From contig NC_135663.1 in the NCBI RefSeq assembly GCF_964188315.1, forward strand, positions 10,168,001-10,232,000: a stretch of 64,000 bases of DNA, read 5' to 3'. Positions 23,101 through 34,276 of this stretch are shown in pieces (the first letter of the stretch is position 1; every line of letters starts with the position of its first letter). The notes under the pieces are model-generated. The model saw nothing but the letters and a program-made list of their open reading frames with translations, had not been told where the DNA came from and made no database searches. The stretch comes from Podarcis muralis. Lineage: Eukaryota. Made by a program: the position numbers and the translations under genes.

Positions 23101-25095
23101 AGCGCTGGTTTTGACCTATAAAGCCTTAAACGGCCCAGGACTGCAATACCTCAAAGACCGCCTCTTTCCATATGAACCTCACCTTCTGAGGCCCTCCTTC
23201 GTGCGCCTCCTCTTCAAGAGGTCCGGAGGGTGGCAACATGAGAACAGGCCTTCTCTGCAGTGGCCCCCATCTGTGGAATGCTCTCCCCAGGGAAGTTTGC
23301 TTGGCGCCTTCATTATACACCTTTAAACGCCAGGCAAAAACGTTCCTTTTTAACTAGGCCTTTGGTTGATCTGATTTACATCCTTTGCCCTTTTAAAATG
23401 TGTTTCTGTGGGGCGGGGGCTATGGGTTGCTGTTTTTATTTTTATTATGTATTTTGTGGTTTTATATCTTGATTATAGGGACGCGGGTGGCACTGTGGGT
23501 TAAACCACAGAGCCTAGAACTTGCCAATCAGAAAGTCGGTGGTTTGAATCCCCGCAACGGGGTGAGCTCCCATTGCTCGGTCCCTGCTCCTGCCAACCTA
23601 GCAGTTCGAAAGTACGTCAAAGTGCAAGTAGATAAATAGGTACTGCTCCGGCGGGAAGGTAAATGGCGTTTCCGTGCGCTGCTCTGGTTCGCCAGAAGCA
23701 GCTTAGTCATGCTGGCCACATGACCCGGAAGCTGTACGCCGATTCCCTCAGCCAATAAAGTGAGATGAGTGCCGCAACCCCAGAGTCAGTCCCGACTGGA
23801 CCTAATGATCAGGGGTCCCTTTACCTTTACCTTATCTTGATTTTATTCTGTGAACCACCCGAAATATAGGGTGGTATATAAATCTAATCAATCAACCAAC
23901 CAACCAGTCAATAAAAAACAGCTGGAGACCCAAGTCTGGGGAACCCTGAGTTAATGCGTCCCATGGGCACAAGGATTTATACTTGCACAACAGAGCTTCC
24001 CCCACCTCCTAAGCATGTTCTAGAGCAGCGGTTCTCAACCTGTGGGTCCCCAGATGTTGTTGGACTACAACTCCCATCACCCCTGAGCTTTGGCCTTGCT
24101 AGCTAGGGGTGATGGGAGTTGTAGTCCAACAACATCTGGGGACCCACAGGTTGAGAAAGGCTATTTTAGAGGGTCCCCCCCTACCTATCCTCCAAAGCAG
24201 ATTTGGGCAGCATGCATGGGTGTGTCTGCTCTTGCAGGGGTTGATGGGAGTTGTAGTCCAACAACAACTGGAAGGCATAGCTGTCAACTGTCCCTTATTT
24301 GGCAGGAAAGTCCCTTATCCCAGTGCTGTGTCCCGCTGCTGTCCCTTATTGATGATGTCCCTTAAATTTCCCGGGTTTCGAAGGAAGCAGCTTCTCTCCC
24401 TCACTCCCTGCCGGCCAGGGAGGAGGGAGGCTCCAACTGTGTTGCTTGGCTGCGTTGCTCACCCAATAAGGAGTCTAAGAATGACTGGGGGGTGGAGCTT
24501 GCATGCCTTGTGCCAATCAAATCAGCCGTGTTGCCTGGGGACTCGCCTTTGCTCAGCGCTTCCCAGCGGAGAGGTGACGGTGGTTTTCCTTGCTGCATCC
24601 CCTTTGCCGTGTTGCTGCGCTGTGGGAACCACCGCTTGAGGCTTCGTTTGGCTGCTGGCTGGGCTTTCTGCCTTTGGCTCGGAGGGGCTCAGAAGTTGAA
24701 CATACCTGTGTTCGGAAAATCCCTTACTTTGGCTGCTGATCCCTTATTTTCGAGGCTCCTGGTCCCTTATTTTCAAATCTGTAAGTTGACAGCTATGCTG
24801 GAAGGCAGAGCATTGACTATTCCTCCTGTGGAATCTCTTTGTATGGATCTGTTGGCTAACTTTTCTCCTCCTCTGCCACCTGTCTTCTAGCTGTGATAAA
24901 TGTGCTGCAGCAGACGGCGAGGCCACGAACGACCACCCTGCGCCTGGGGAGAGCAGTATGTGCAACGACCCCGACCAACCCTGCTACACCTACGACAGAA
25001 ATAAGTGCTACACAGCCTCTTGCCTGTTCTCGAACGGTGGGAAGACGGAGGTCATCCAGACAGCCTTGACTCCTGAATCCTGCTATGCTGATTAG
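19445..25095 (+). CDS. JCHAIN: Immunoglobulin J chain, 4 exons: join(19445-19508,21324-21459,22617-22697,24891-25095), 161 aa
   Basis: Spliced product MKNYWILCGTLAVFWGAVLGTAYYGLDEDEEKVLVDNKCQCVKVTSKFVPSKDNPQEEVLERNIRIIVPLMTRENISDPTSPVRTKFVYNFSKLCDKC...CYTYDRNKCYTASCLFSNGGKTEVIQTALTPESCYAD. Hallmark J-chain motifs are present, all introns are GT-AG, and phases 1,2,2 join in frame. Divergent from UTP3, as in human. Confidence 0.96.
20203..20360. mobile_element. hAT-type MITE (second copy 58565-58700)
   Basis: 17-bp TIR CAGTGG(C/T)GTAGCGTGGG; 8-bp TSDs CTACCGAC and GTACCACT respectively. Confidence 0.9.
21324..21459 (+). CDS. JCHAIN: JCHAIN exon 2
   Basis: Acceptor GGGCAG; encodes VLVDNKCQC...ERNIRI; donor AT|GTAAGT; 136 nt. 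Confidence 0.95.
22298..22471 (-). mobile_element. Short BovB 3' fragment in JCHAIN intron 2
   Basis: (TTG)n-TTTAGTCGTTTAGTCGTG tail plus RT end ([23 protein letters not shown]). Confidence 0.88.
22617..22697 (+). CDS. JCHAIN: JCHAIN exon 3
   Basis: Polypyrimidine tract + CAG; encodes VPLMTRENISDPTSPVRTKFVYNFSKL; donor CT|GTAAGG; 81 nt. Confidence 0.95.
23056..23475 (+). mobile_element. L2 LINE 3' fragment
   Basis: ACTGCACTGGCTACCA...GACCTATAAAGCCTTAAACGGC, typical L2 end (LHWLP..TYKALNG). Confidence 0.75.
23478..23832 (+). mobile_element. Sauria SINE (JCHAIN intron 3)
   Basis: GGGACGCGGGTGGC head and CCCTTTACCTTTACC tail. Confidence 0.9.
24026..24163. mobile_element. Palindromic hAT-type MITE (GGACTACAACTCCCATC family, many partial copies)
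   Basis: Near-perfect hairpin; TSD TTCTAGAG/TTTTAGAG. Confidence 0.85.
24276..24797. mobile_element. hAT-type MITE in JCHAIN intron 3
   Basis: 14-bp TIR CATAGCTGTCAACT; perfect 8-bp TSD CTGGAAGG. Confidence 0.9.
24891..25095 (+). CDS. JCHAIN: JCHAIN exon 4 (to stop)
   Basis: Acceptor TCTTCTAG; encodes CDKC...CYTYDRNKCY...TALTPESCYAD-TAG. Confidence 0.95.
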
Positions 25096-25900
25096 ATCAT
25101 AGAGCTGAATCATCGTGCAGAGCATGGTGGGGCAGATCTACGCCACCACAGAGACTTATCTCGGCTTCATAGTACCAGTTACAGCTTCCCTCAAGGGATC
25201 CTGGGAACTGTAGTTCGGTGAGGGTTCACCATTAGGGATCCTTTGGGTTGGAGAAAATCGATACGGTTCTCACCTAAAGGCAAACTCCCCCAATTCACAT
25301 TTTCCATAACGTGAACCGAAAAAAGCTCCCCTTCAGAATTTGCAAATCACGCAGTGCAGTTCACCAGCCAAATGACGCGTGCAGAAATGGACGGCCTGTG
25401 CTAAAATCTACATGTAAATGTACGTTTTAGTGAAAAGAGCACACAAAATTATGCTTGGGAAATTGCTTTGGAGAAACTGGGTTGAAAAGAATCTGGATTA
25501 AAAGAAAACATGTACAGTTGGAGGACTTCGCTCAGAAATCCAATTTGCTTTATGAGGATTCTTTTTTAAAAATTGCAAACTGGTGTGGACTTGTGCAGAA
25601 ATGAACTTCAGATTGCAAAAATGAGAATTGGAGAAAACGAAAATGGACACATTTGTCCATCCCTAGGGATTCCAAATGCCCCTTACAGAAGTACAGGTCT
25701 CTTCTTGGTTGAGGGAAATAGCCGTATGAAGTCTGTGGTGTAGAGACATACCCACATTGCCCTGCATGCTTGAAATTAAAAATATGTCTTTATCTGTATT
25801 AGCAGAATAATCTCCTACTATTTCCTCCCCATAATTTCTTGCAGTTTATAGAATTCCGCCCCGCCCCCCCATCTTCAGCCCCTACCCTACATGTTGTCAC

Positions 25901-25906
25901 AATAAA
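25901..25906 (+). terminator. Candidate JCHAIN polyadenylation signal
   Basis: AATAAA about 800 nt after the stop, followed by T/GT-rich sequence; no transcript evidence. Confidence 0.4.
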
Positions 25907-26378
25907 TATTGTCTTTCATTATCTCCACAGTCATTTTATTGGGACTAAACGCTGCTGGTTCCACACTGTGTGTTCGACATCTCTAACAGGCATAAAGCTA
26001 GCATAATTCCTTGGAAGTACTGGAGCTACATCAAATTACTTCTGGGGCACGGCCGGGAGGGAGTGTGGTATAGTAGTTAGGGTGCTGGACAAGAGGAATT
26101 ACTACATTCCCTTATTGGAGGTCAATAATAACAAGGTCATAAACCAATAAACATTTATTTTGCATGTGCAAAGTGGCAACCCCAATGCTGAGGTCGCTAC
26201 AAAGGATTCAAACTGCAATACAAACATAGCTGTAGCAATGTAAATTAATCAAAACCACACCTGCGTTACATCCTTAAAGCATTTTGGGGACACTAAGCAA
26301 CTAGCAGTTTACACCTTTTGACATGCTCAATTAGTCCTCTTTGTTGCAGCTACACTGTTTTGCACCATGTAAAAGTTA

Positions 26379-27017
26379 AAGGTAAAGGACCCCTGACAGT
26401 TGAGTCCAGTCACAGACGACTCTGCGGTTGCGGCGCTCATCTCACTTTACAGGCCAAGGGAGCCGACGTTTGTCCACAGAAAGTTTTTCTGGGTCATGTG
26501 GCCAGCATGAATAAACCGCTTCTGGTGCAATGGGACACTGTGACAAAAAGTGTGGACAGAAGTGCATGGAAACACCATTTACCGTCCTGCCAGAGTGGTA
26601 CCTACCGTATTTTTTGCTCTATAATATGCACCAGACCACAAGACGCACCTAGTTTTTGGAGGAGGAAAACAAGAAAAAAAATATTCTGAATCTCAGAAGC
26701 CAGAACAGCAAGAGGGGTCGCTGCGCAGTGAAAGCAGCAATCCCTCTTGCTGTTCTGGCTTCTGGGATAGCTGCGCAGCCTGCATTCGCTCCATAAGATG
26801 CACACACATTTCCCCTTACTTTTTAGCAGGGAAAAAGTGAGTCTTATAGAGCAAAAAATACGGTATTTACTTGCACTTTGACGTGCTTTCGAACTGATAG
26901 GTTGGCAGGAGCAGGGACTGAGCAACGGAAGCTCACCCCGTCGCGGGGATTCGAACTGCCGACCTTCTGATCGGCAAGGCAAAGATGCTTTAGACCACAG
27001 CACCACCTGCGTCCCTT
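26379..27017 (-). mobile_element. Sauria SINE split by a Tc1/mariner-type MITE (26605-26863)
   Basis: SINE halves flank a CCGTATTTTT...AAAAAATACGG element with a TA duplication. Confidence 0.85.
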
Positions 27018-27531
27018 TTGCACCATGAGTTATACATAAATGCTTAATCTGCCATTCTCTTTGAAGCTGGGAGGCCAGGATTCAAATCCATTCTCGGCCA
27101 TGAAGCTCACCTGGTGATTTTGGAGCAGTCGTTGCTTAGCCTAACCTACCTCACAGGGTTATTGTGAGGATGAAATGAAAAAAGGGAGTACTGTGTACTC
27201 CACCTTGAGCTCCTTGGCAGTAGTAGACCTTAGCAGTAGTTTCCTGTGGTTACCTAATCACTGTCGTTTCTGCTTTAAAATGCAAAACAGAATTGCAACT
27301 GGTTTTCAACACTATAGCGGGACTGCTGCGTTTTGCCTGCATGTACAGCCTGCTGCAATTTCACCCAAACAAGCAGGCTTGATGCAGCCATGTGGGTTGG
27401 GAAGGGTCCGTTCACCTAAAATGCACCATTTCTGGGGTCTTTTCCCCAACTCTCAATCCTTTTCATCACTTTTTAAATTTGTGCTGAAGTGCTTTTGTTA
27501 TTTAAGCACTATTGTGCAATTAGTAATGCTA

Positions 27532-27735
27532 NNNNNNNNNNNNNNNNNNNNNNNNNNNNNNNNNNNNNNNNNNNNNNNNNNNNNNNNNNNNNNNNNNNNN
27601 NNNNNNNNNNNNNNNNNNNNNNNNNNNNNNNNNNNNNNNNNNNNNNNNNNNNNNNNNNNNNNNNNNNNNNNNNNNNNNNNNNNNNNNNNNNNNNNNNNNN
27701 NNNNNNNNNNNNNNNNNNNNNNNNNNNNNNNNNNN
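27532..27735. other. Assembly gap (N run)
   Basis: Run of N. Confidence 1.
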
Positions 27736-28115
27736 GTTTTGCTGGAAGATTTGGGGGAAGAGGATAATTAAAATATTAGTAAAATGGTAGTAACCTGCCC
27801 AATAGGAGGATTCTTTTTTTAAAAAAAAGATTAATTAGTACGAAAACACTTTCATTTTAAGTGCTGTTGTGAAAACCCTTAAAACAACACCCCACATCTT
27901 CTGCCCGGTTCCTTCTTCCCTCCCCAACTCCACTGCCCCCCCAGGACCTCTGGCTCCCTGCTATTGAACCTCAATTCCAGTCCCCCCCCCCACAACCACC
28001 TTGCTCACCCCCACACCTCCCTCAACCCACCCAGGCAATCGCTCCAACCACTAGGCTGGCCTACAGTAGATCCACGCTCACTTCGGCCTCCTCTTGATAA
28101 GTTCAAGCTTTTATA

Positions 28116-28244
28116 TTAATTCCCCATTGTTGGTGCAAAATCTTCCACGGGCTCTTCACACTTCTGAAGTTCATTCCTGGAGCGTCTCAGGGCTCCCACT
28201 CTTGGTCCAGCTGCTTCTTCGACAGCCAGCATCTGCTGCAAGAA
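28116..28244 (-). CDS. FAM47E: FAM47E-like last coding exon
   Basis: Acceptor GATCCAG; encodes [10 protein letters not shown]...PTMGN-TAA, in frame with the preceding exon and similar to human FLENMY. Confidence 0.8.
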   Translation of the reverse strand, partial: FLQQMLAVEEAAGPRVGALRRSRNELQKCEEPVEDFAPTMGN

Positions 28245-31200
28245 CTGGATCAAAACACACACACTTTGGTTTGTTTTTTTTAAAAAGGAGCTCTTCACTA
28301 TTTTCCATAGTGCATCTTTCACACCTCTCGACTACAACTCCCATCTGGTGGGGCTGTAGCCTAAAACCTATGGAGGGCACCAGGTTGCTGGAGGCCACAC
28401 CAGTGACTACAATCTAATCCTGTGTTTCTCTAACTTGAGTCTGCAGCTGTTGTTGGACTACAACTCCCATCACCCCTAGCCGGCTAGGGGTGATGGGAGC
28501 TGTAGTCGAACAACAGCTGGGGACCCATGTTTGAGAAACACCTGCTCTAATCCAATATGGTATCTCCTCTGCCCTTTGAAACCCTAAGAGCCATAGGTGC
28601 CAACTCCCTGGTGCTCTGAGCACCCACAAAATTCCCCATGAAGGAGCCAGGCACCCACAAATTTCAGCGCCAGAGCCGTGCATGCTGCATAGCACCCATG
28701 GTCATGGGGCCAAGCTGGTACTCCTGCTATGTATAGACCAGCAAGTGCAAACGTGTTGCACCCCAGAATACAATTCCCAGCAGAGTCAGCCAGCATGGCT
28801 AATGGTCAGGGATGGTGGGAACTGGAGTCCATCAACATCTGGAGGCCGCCCTGTTGACTACCCCTGATGTTGACAATACTGGGTTAGATGGACCAAAGGT
28901 CTGACTCATGAGGAGACCCTCTTCCTCATAAGGACGAGCTCTGCTGGACCAAAATCTCATCTGTTCCAACATCCTGTTCTTGCAGTATGGAACTAGGTGC
29001 TTATGAGAAGCCCTTAAGCAGGAGATGAGCACAATTTTTAAAATTATTATGTATTTTGTGTTTTTCACATTGTAGTTTAATAATAAATATAAATATAAAT
29101 ATAAATATAAATATAAATATAAATATAAATATAAATATAAATATAAATATAAATATAAATATAAATATAAATAACAATTTTTTTATATCCTGCCCTCCCT
29201 GGCCAAAGTCAGGCTCAGGGCGGCTAACATCAAGTGTATACGTAACATTAGTATAAAATCAAACAATAATTAAATTACCTCCTAAAAACAGGTCAAAATC
29301 AAATTCTAATTAGAAGGCTTTCCGCAGGGTTAGGGTTGGGAACAGTAAGTGCTCATCGGCCCAACTCTTTACGCTGATCTTATATGGACCTGTGAGAATT
29401 CTGGGAGGCCTCTTTCATATTAGTTCTTATACGAAAAGAAAAGGGGAGTCAGGCTGAGCCCTGACCAAAGGCCAGGCGGAACAGCTCCATCTTGCAGGCC
29501 CTGCGGAAAGATGTCAAATCCCGCAGGGCCCTGGTCTCTTGTGGCAGAGCGTTCCACCAGGCTGGGGCCACAGCCAAAAAGGCCCTGGCCCTGGTTGAGG
29601 CCACCCTAATCTCTCTGAGGCCCGGGATCTCCAAGGTGTTATTATTTGTAGACCGTAAGGTCCTCCGTGGGGCGTACCAGGAGATGCAGTCCCATAGGTA
29701 TGAGAGGGTCCTAGGCCCTATATGTTGTGAACCGCTCTGAGATCTATGGATGAAGGCCGGCATACGAATTTAATGAACACAATATAAATACTGCTGTCCT
29801 GATTTGGGATTCCCAGTGATTGGTTTTCAGAAGCATTTTCTGACCCCCCCAAAACAATGCCTCAGTATATAGAAAACGAGCAACCAAACTTGTTCTTGAT
29901 CACTGATAACAAATGTGTGCGTTTAAGCCTTACATCTGGGATCCGGTAGCCTTTTCCTTCGAGGAATTCCTTAAAAGCGTACGTTCCATGAAGCTGCATG
30001 ATCTCCATATCCTGAAAAGTCATTCAAAACCAAACCATGTTAAGATGCACATTGAGGGACCATTTCCTTCCTCCCTCCCTCCCCTCACCCCACCTCTCTT
30101 CTTCTTATTCACCCCCTCTGCATCCCTCCCTTTCCCTCACCCCTCGACTGAGTGCGAACACACACAAATGTATTATCTGAAAGCCAGTGTGGTGTAGTGG
30201 TTAAGAGCGGTGGACTTGTAATCTGGTGAAGCAGGTTCACATCCCCGCTCCTCCACATGCAGCTGCTGGGTGACCTTGGGCCAGTCACACTTCTCTGAAG
30301 TCTCTCAGCCCCACTCACCTCACAGAGTGTTTGTTGTGGGGGAGGAAGGGAAAGGAGAATGTTAGCCGCTTTGAGACTCCTTAGGGTAGTGATAAAGCGG
30401 GATATCAAATCCAAACTCTTCTTCTTTTTCATCTGTGTTTCCAGGGCCCCCAAAAGTGGAACACTGGCCTGATGGGGCTAAGCATTATGAGCAGGGCTAT
30501 GCAGTCAGAGCAGGCATGATTCACAACAGCCCCCATCAATGGCATTAAGTGCCTCGGATGCCAATATAAGCTACCAAACCAGGTGTAAGGATTTTATCTT
30601 GACCTACAAAGCCCTAGGGACGCGGTTGGCGCTGCGGGTTAAACCACAGAGCCTAGGACTTGCCGATCAGAAGGTCAGCGGTTCGAATCTCTGCGACAGG
30701 TGAGCTCCCGTTGCTCGGTCCCTGCTCCTGCCAACCTAGCAATTCGAAAGCGCGTCAAAGTGCAAGTAGATAAATAGGTACCACTCTGGCGGGAAGGTAA
30801 ACGGCGTTTCCATGTGCTGCTCTGGTTTGCCAGAAGTGGCTTAGTCATGCTGGCCACATGACCCGGAAGCTGTATGCCGGCTCCCTCAGCCAATAAAGTG
30901 AGATGAGCGCCGCAACCCCAGAGTCGGCCACTACTGGACCTAATGGTCAGGGGTCCCTTTACCTTCACAAAGCCCTAAACAACTTGGACCTACAAGGCAC
31001 TACATAGCCATTAATCTGTTGAGGTCCTCCTGGAGTGGCTGCAGCCAACAGATGTGCAAATTAAGTCCACTAGGGGGAGAGCCTTAACTGCAATTGTTAG
31101 GGATTCTGCAGGAGGGGGCAATATGTATCTGAGCACAGATCAGACCAAGATTTACTACTGAGGCGGCTGAGATGCTGCCGCTGCCTTTGCGTTCACTTTT

Positions 31201-31626
31201 CTGGTCCCATTTTGCCATCATCATCATCATTTTTACCCACCTTTCACCCTAAGGTCCCAGTATTCATACATCTTGTGATAGCTAACTGTAGATCCCTGGT
31301 CTGACCATGCTTGTCTACTACGTGATATATATCACTCAGCCTGCACACAGAAGTCCTCCTCCAAGGGCCTTCTGGTGGTTTCCTCACTGCGAGAAGCCAA
31401 GTTGCAGAGAACCAAGCAGAGGGCCTTCTCGGTAGTGGCACCCTCCCCGTGGAACCCTTCAGATGTCAAAGAGAAGAACAACTGCCACCAGACTTTTAGA
31501 AGACATCTGGAGGCAGCCCTGTTTAGAGAAGTTTTTAATGTTTGATGTTTTATTGTGCTTTTAATTCTGTTGGGAGCCGCCCAGGGTGGAGCCGCCCAGC
31601 CAGATGGGCGGAATATAAATAATAAA

Positions 31627-31662
<36 letters not shown>

Positions 31663-34245
31663 CCCAATGTTACTCTCTCGTTGACTGCATGACTGATGCG
31701 GAGTCTTTCACTTGGAAGAATACACACACACCACACCCCCAAATATTTGGCAATACCTTTTCACCCAATGCCCTCTTTGAATTCCTGGACCTTCTGTCTT
31801 TTGCTTTTGGATCTTCTAAAGGTTTCTGTTTCTTCCAAGTCTTTGGGTCCAGGTACCAGGCACCATACCTGATCTTCTCAGACTTGGATTGACAAGATTC
31901 CTGAATGATAATAATAATATTAAAACAATCTCATGTCTAATTGCGTTTTTTAAAACGGCATCTCAAACACTGCGTGCCTCCAGACCATGGGTAGGCAAAC
32001 TAAGACCCGGGGGCCGGATCTGGCCCAATCGCCTTCTAAATCCGGCCCCCGGAGGGTCCGGGAATCGGCGTGTTTTTACATGAGTAGAATGTATCCTTTT
32101 ATTTAAAATGCACCTCTGGGTTATTTGTGGGGCCTGCCTGGTGTTTTTACATGAGTAGAATGTGTGCTTTTATTTAAAATGCATCTCTGGGTTATTTGTG
32201 GGGCATAGGAATTCGTTCATCCCCCCCCAAAAAAAAATATAGACTGGCCAACCACACGGTCTGAGGGACAGTGGACCGGCCCCCTGCTGAAAAGGTTTAC
32301 TGACCCCTGCTGCAGACTGTCACCCTTTTGCAAGAGGGATTAGAGCACTTCAGTTCTATGCAACTGAAGCTGATTAATGCACTCCTTTGCCCAAGCTCTT
32401 TGCTTTATCCCAAAGAACAGCATAGCAAGTACAAGATGACTAAACCTGGGAACCCGAGGGTTGCTTACCTTGGAATGGCTACCTTGTTGAGCATCGCTTC
32501 TCAGGCTGGTCTGGGAAGATGGCATCCCTACATACTTCCGCAACTCAGCAGGCAAATAGTTCAGCTCCTCAACGTGTATCGGGCCAGACAACGGGGGCTT
32601 GGTTTTGTAATTTGTATCAAAGAGGCTTATAATGGTGGCTTCATCAATGTCGTATTTCTCTCCACCCTGGGATGGTAATTCCAATAAAACAGGTATATAT
32701 TTATATTATTTATATTATTTATAAATATATTCCAACAAAAGGGATATTTATTAACTCGAGTATATTTTCACCATTCACAATTGCAGATTAGCCTTGGTAA
32801 ATATCGCTTGATGGGAAAAAATCATTTAATTTTTATCTTTATTTTAGGAATCTTAGGTCTTAACTGCATGAAATCTTGCAAGGAGGGCAACTTACAAAAA
32901 GCTTGGGCTCCTAGTGATTCAGAACTTAACCAGTCACGGATCAGCTGCACCTAAGGAGTTCCCCATCGATCAGCTGGTTGGGACTGATGGCGAGCCCCAC
33001 AATGGCTGCTTGCAGGCCCAGTTTGGATTCAGATCTATGGGGAACTCCTTAGTGAAGGCAATCCCAGCAGAACTTGTGGTCAGTGCTGGTCAAGGGGGCA
33101 GTCCCTAGCATAGGCGCCGACTCCATGGGGCTTGAGGGGGCCCGAGCCCCCTCAAAAATTCGTTTGGGGGGGCTCTGCCCCCCCCAATAATCTCCGGCGC
33201 CCCTCCAGCAGAGCGCCATCGCCGCCCCTCCCCCAGCCCAAAATGCACAGGGAGGGGCGGGCTGCATGCCTCCTGCCCTCCCTCCCGAGCAAAAGCTCCA
33301 CCCAATTTCCTTTGGAGCTGATTAATAGGCACAGCACGCTCTCCCCTATTCGCTCACGAGGAGGCGGCGCCACTTTATTTGCATATTCATGAGCTTATTT
33401 ATTATTCATGAGCTTTCCCGGGCCCCCCCAATATTTTTTATAAGTCCGCGTCCCTGGTCCCTAGTACCCTGAACACGCCCAACCTCATCTGATCTCAGAA
33501 GCTAAGCAGGATCAGGCCTGGTTAGTAGTTGGATAGGAGTTTTTATGAAGAGCAGTTAAAAAAATTAATTCATTAATTAATTAAATTAAACAAAAGTGGA
33601 TTCCCTTTTCCCTTTAACGCTGGGAAAATCTCCGGGAGAGCCCAGGTATGCTTTGAGAAGGTTTAAATTCCTTACATGATATTAGATAATTTATTTAATT
33701 TATACACTGCTTAATGCGTTAAAAATATCTCTAAGCAGTGTATAAAAAAACTAAAGCAACAGCAGACAACTTAAAAGACTGCAAATGTTGCATTAATACA
33801 AAGTTACTGAATATAAAAATTGGTATCAATTCATTTTCCTTCTGACAGCCTCCCTCTTAGCCGCTAGGTTCTTGCCAAGGTCCAAACAAACTCTTAGCTC
33901 ATCCACAAAAGTCTCATGACAAGAAGAGTTGCTGGAAACGGTGGACATCACCCTAATTTGAAACTCTTGACTTGTTTTCTATGGGCAGGCCCAAGGCGGG
34001 TGTTGCTTCCTCAGCTGCCCCAGTGGCGTAGCAAGGTCAGGTGGTACCCGGTGCGGAAAATTTCTTGTCACAAACACACCCCACATTGAAATCTAGTTGG
34101 ACTCCCAAGAGACTGCAATTTACTCACAGTATAAAAATATTGGCTGTGATCTACCCATTGTCACTGCCAGGAGTTGTTGAGCACTTTTAGGGAAGGATTG
34201 ACCAAAGTTGAGCTTTTTTTAGGGGAGGGTTGGCCAAAGTTGTTT

Positions 34246-34276
<31 letters not shown>

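Noticed and set aside
27175-27771. ORFs reading through N runs (also 41587-42095 and 54308-54898)
   Set aside because: Length comes from unknown bases.
25096-28115. STBD1 or ENAM exons expected from human synteny
   Set aside because: No such coding sequence is visible; the interval is occupied by UTR-like and repeat sequence (recorded instead as a synteny finding).
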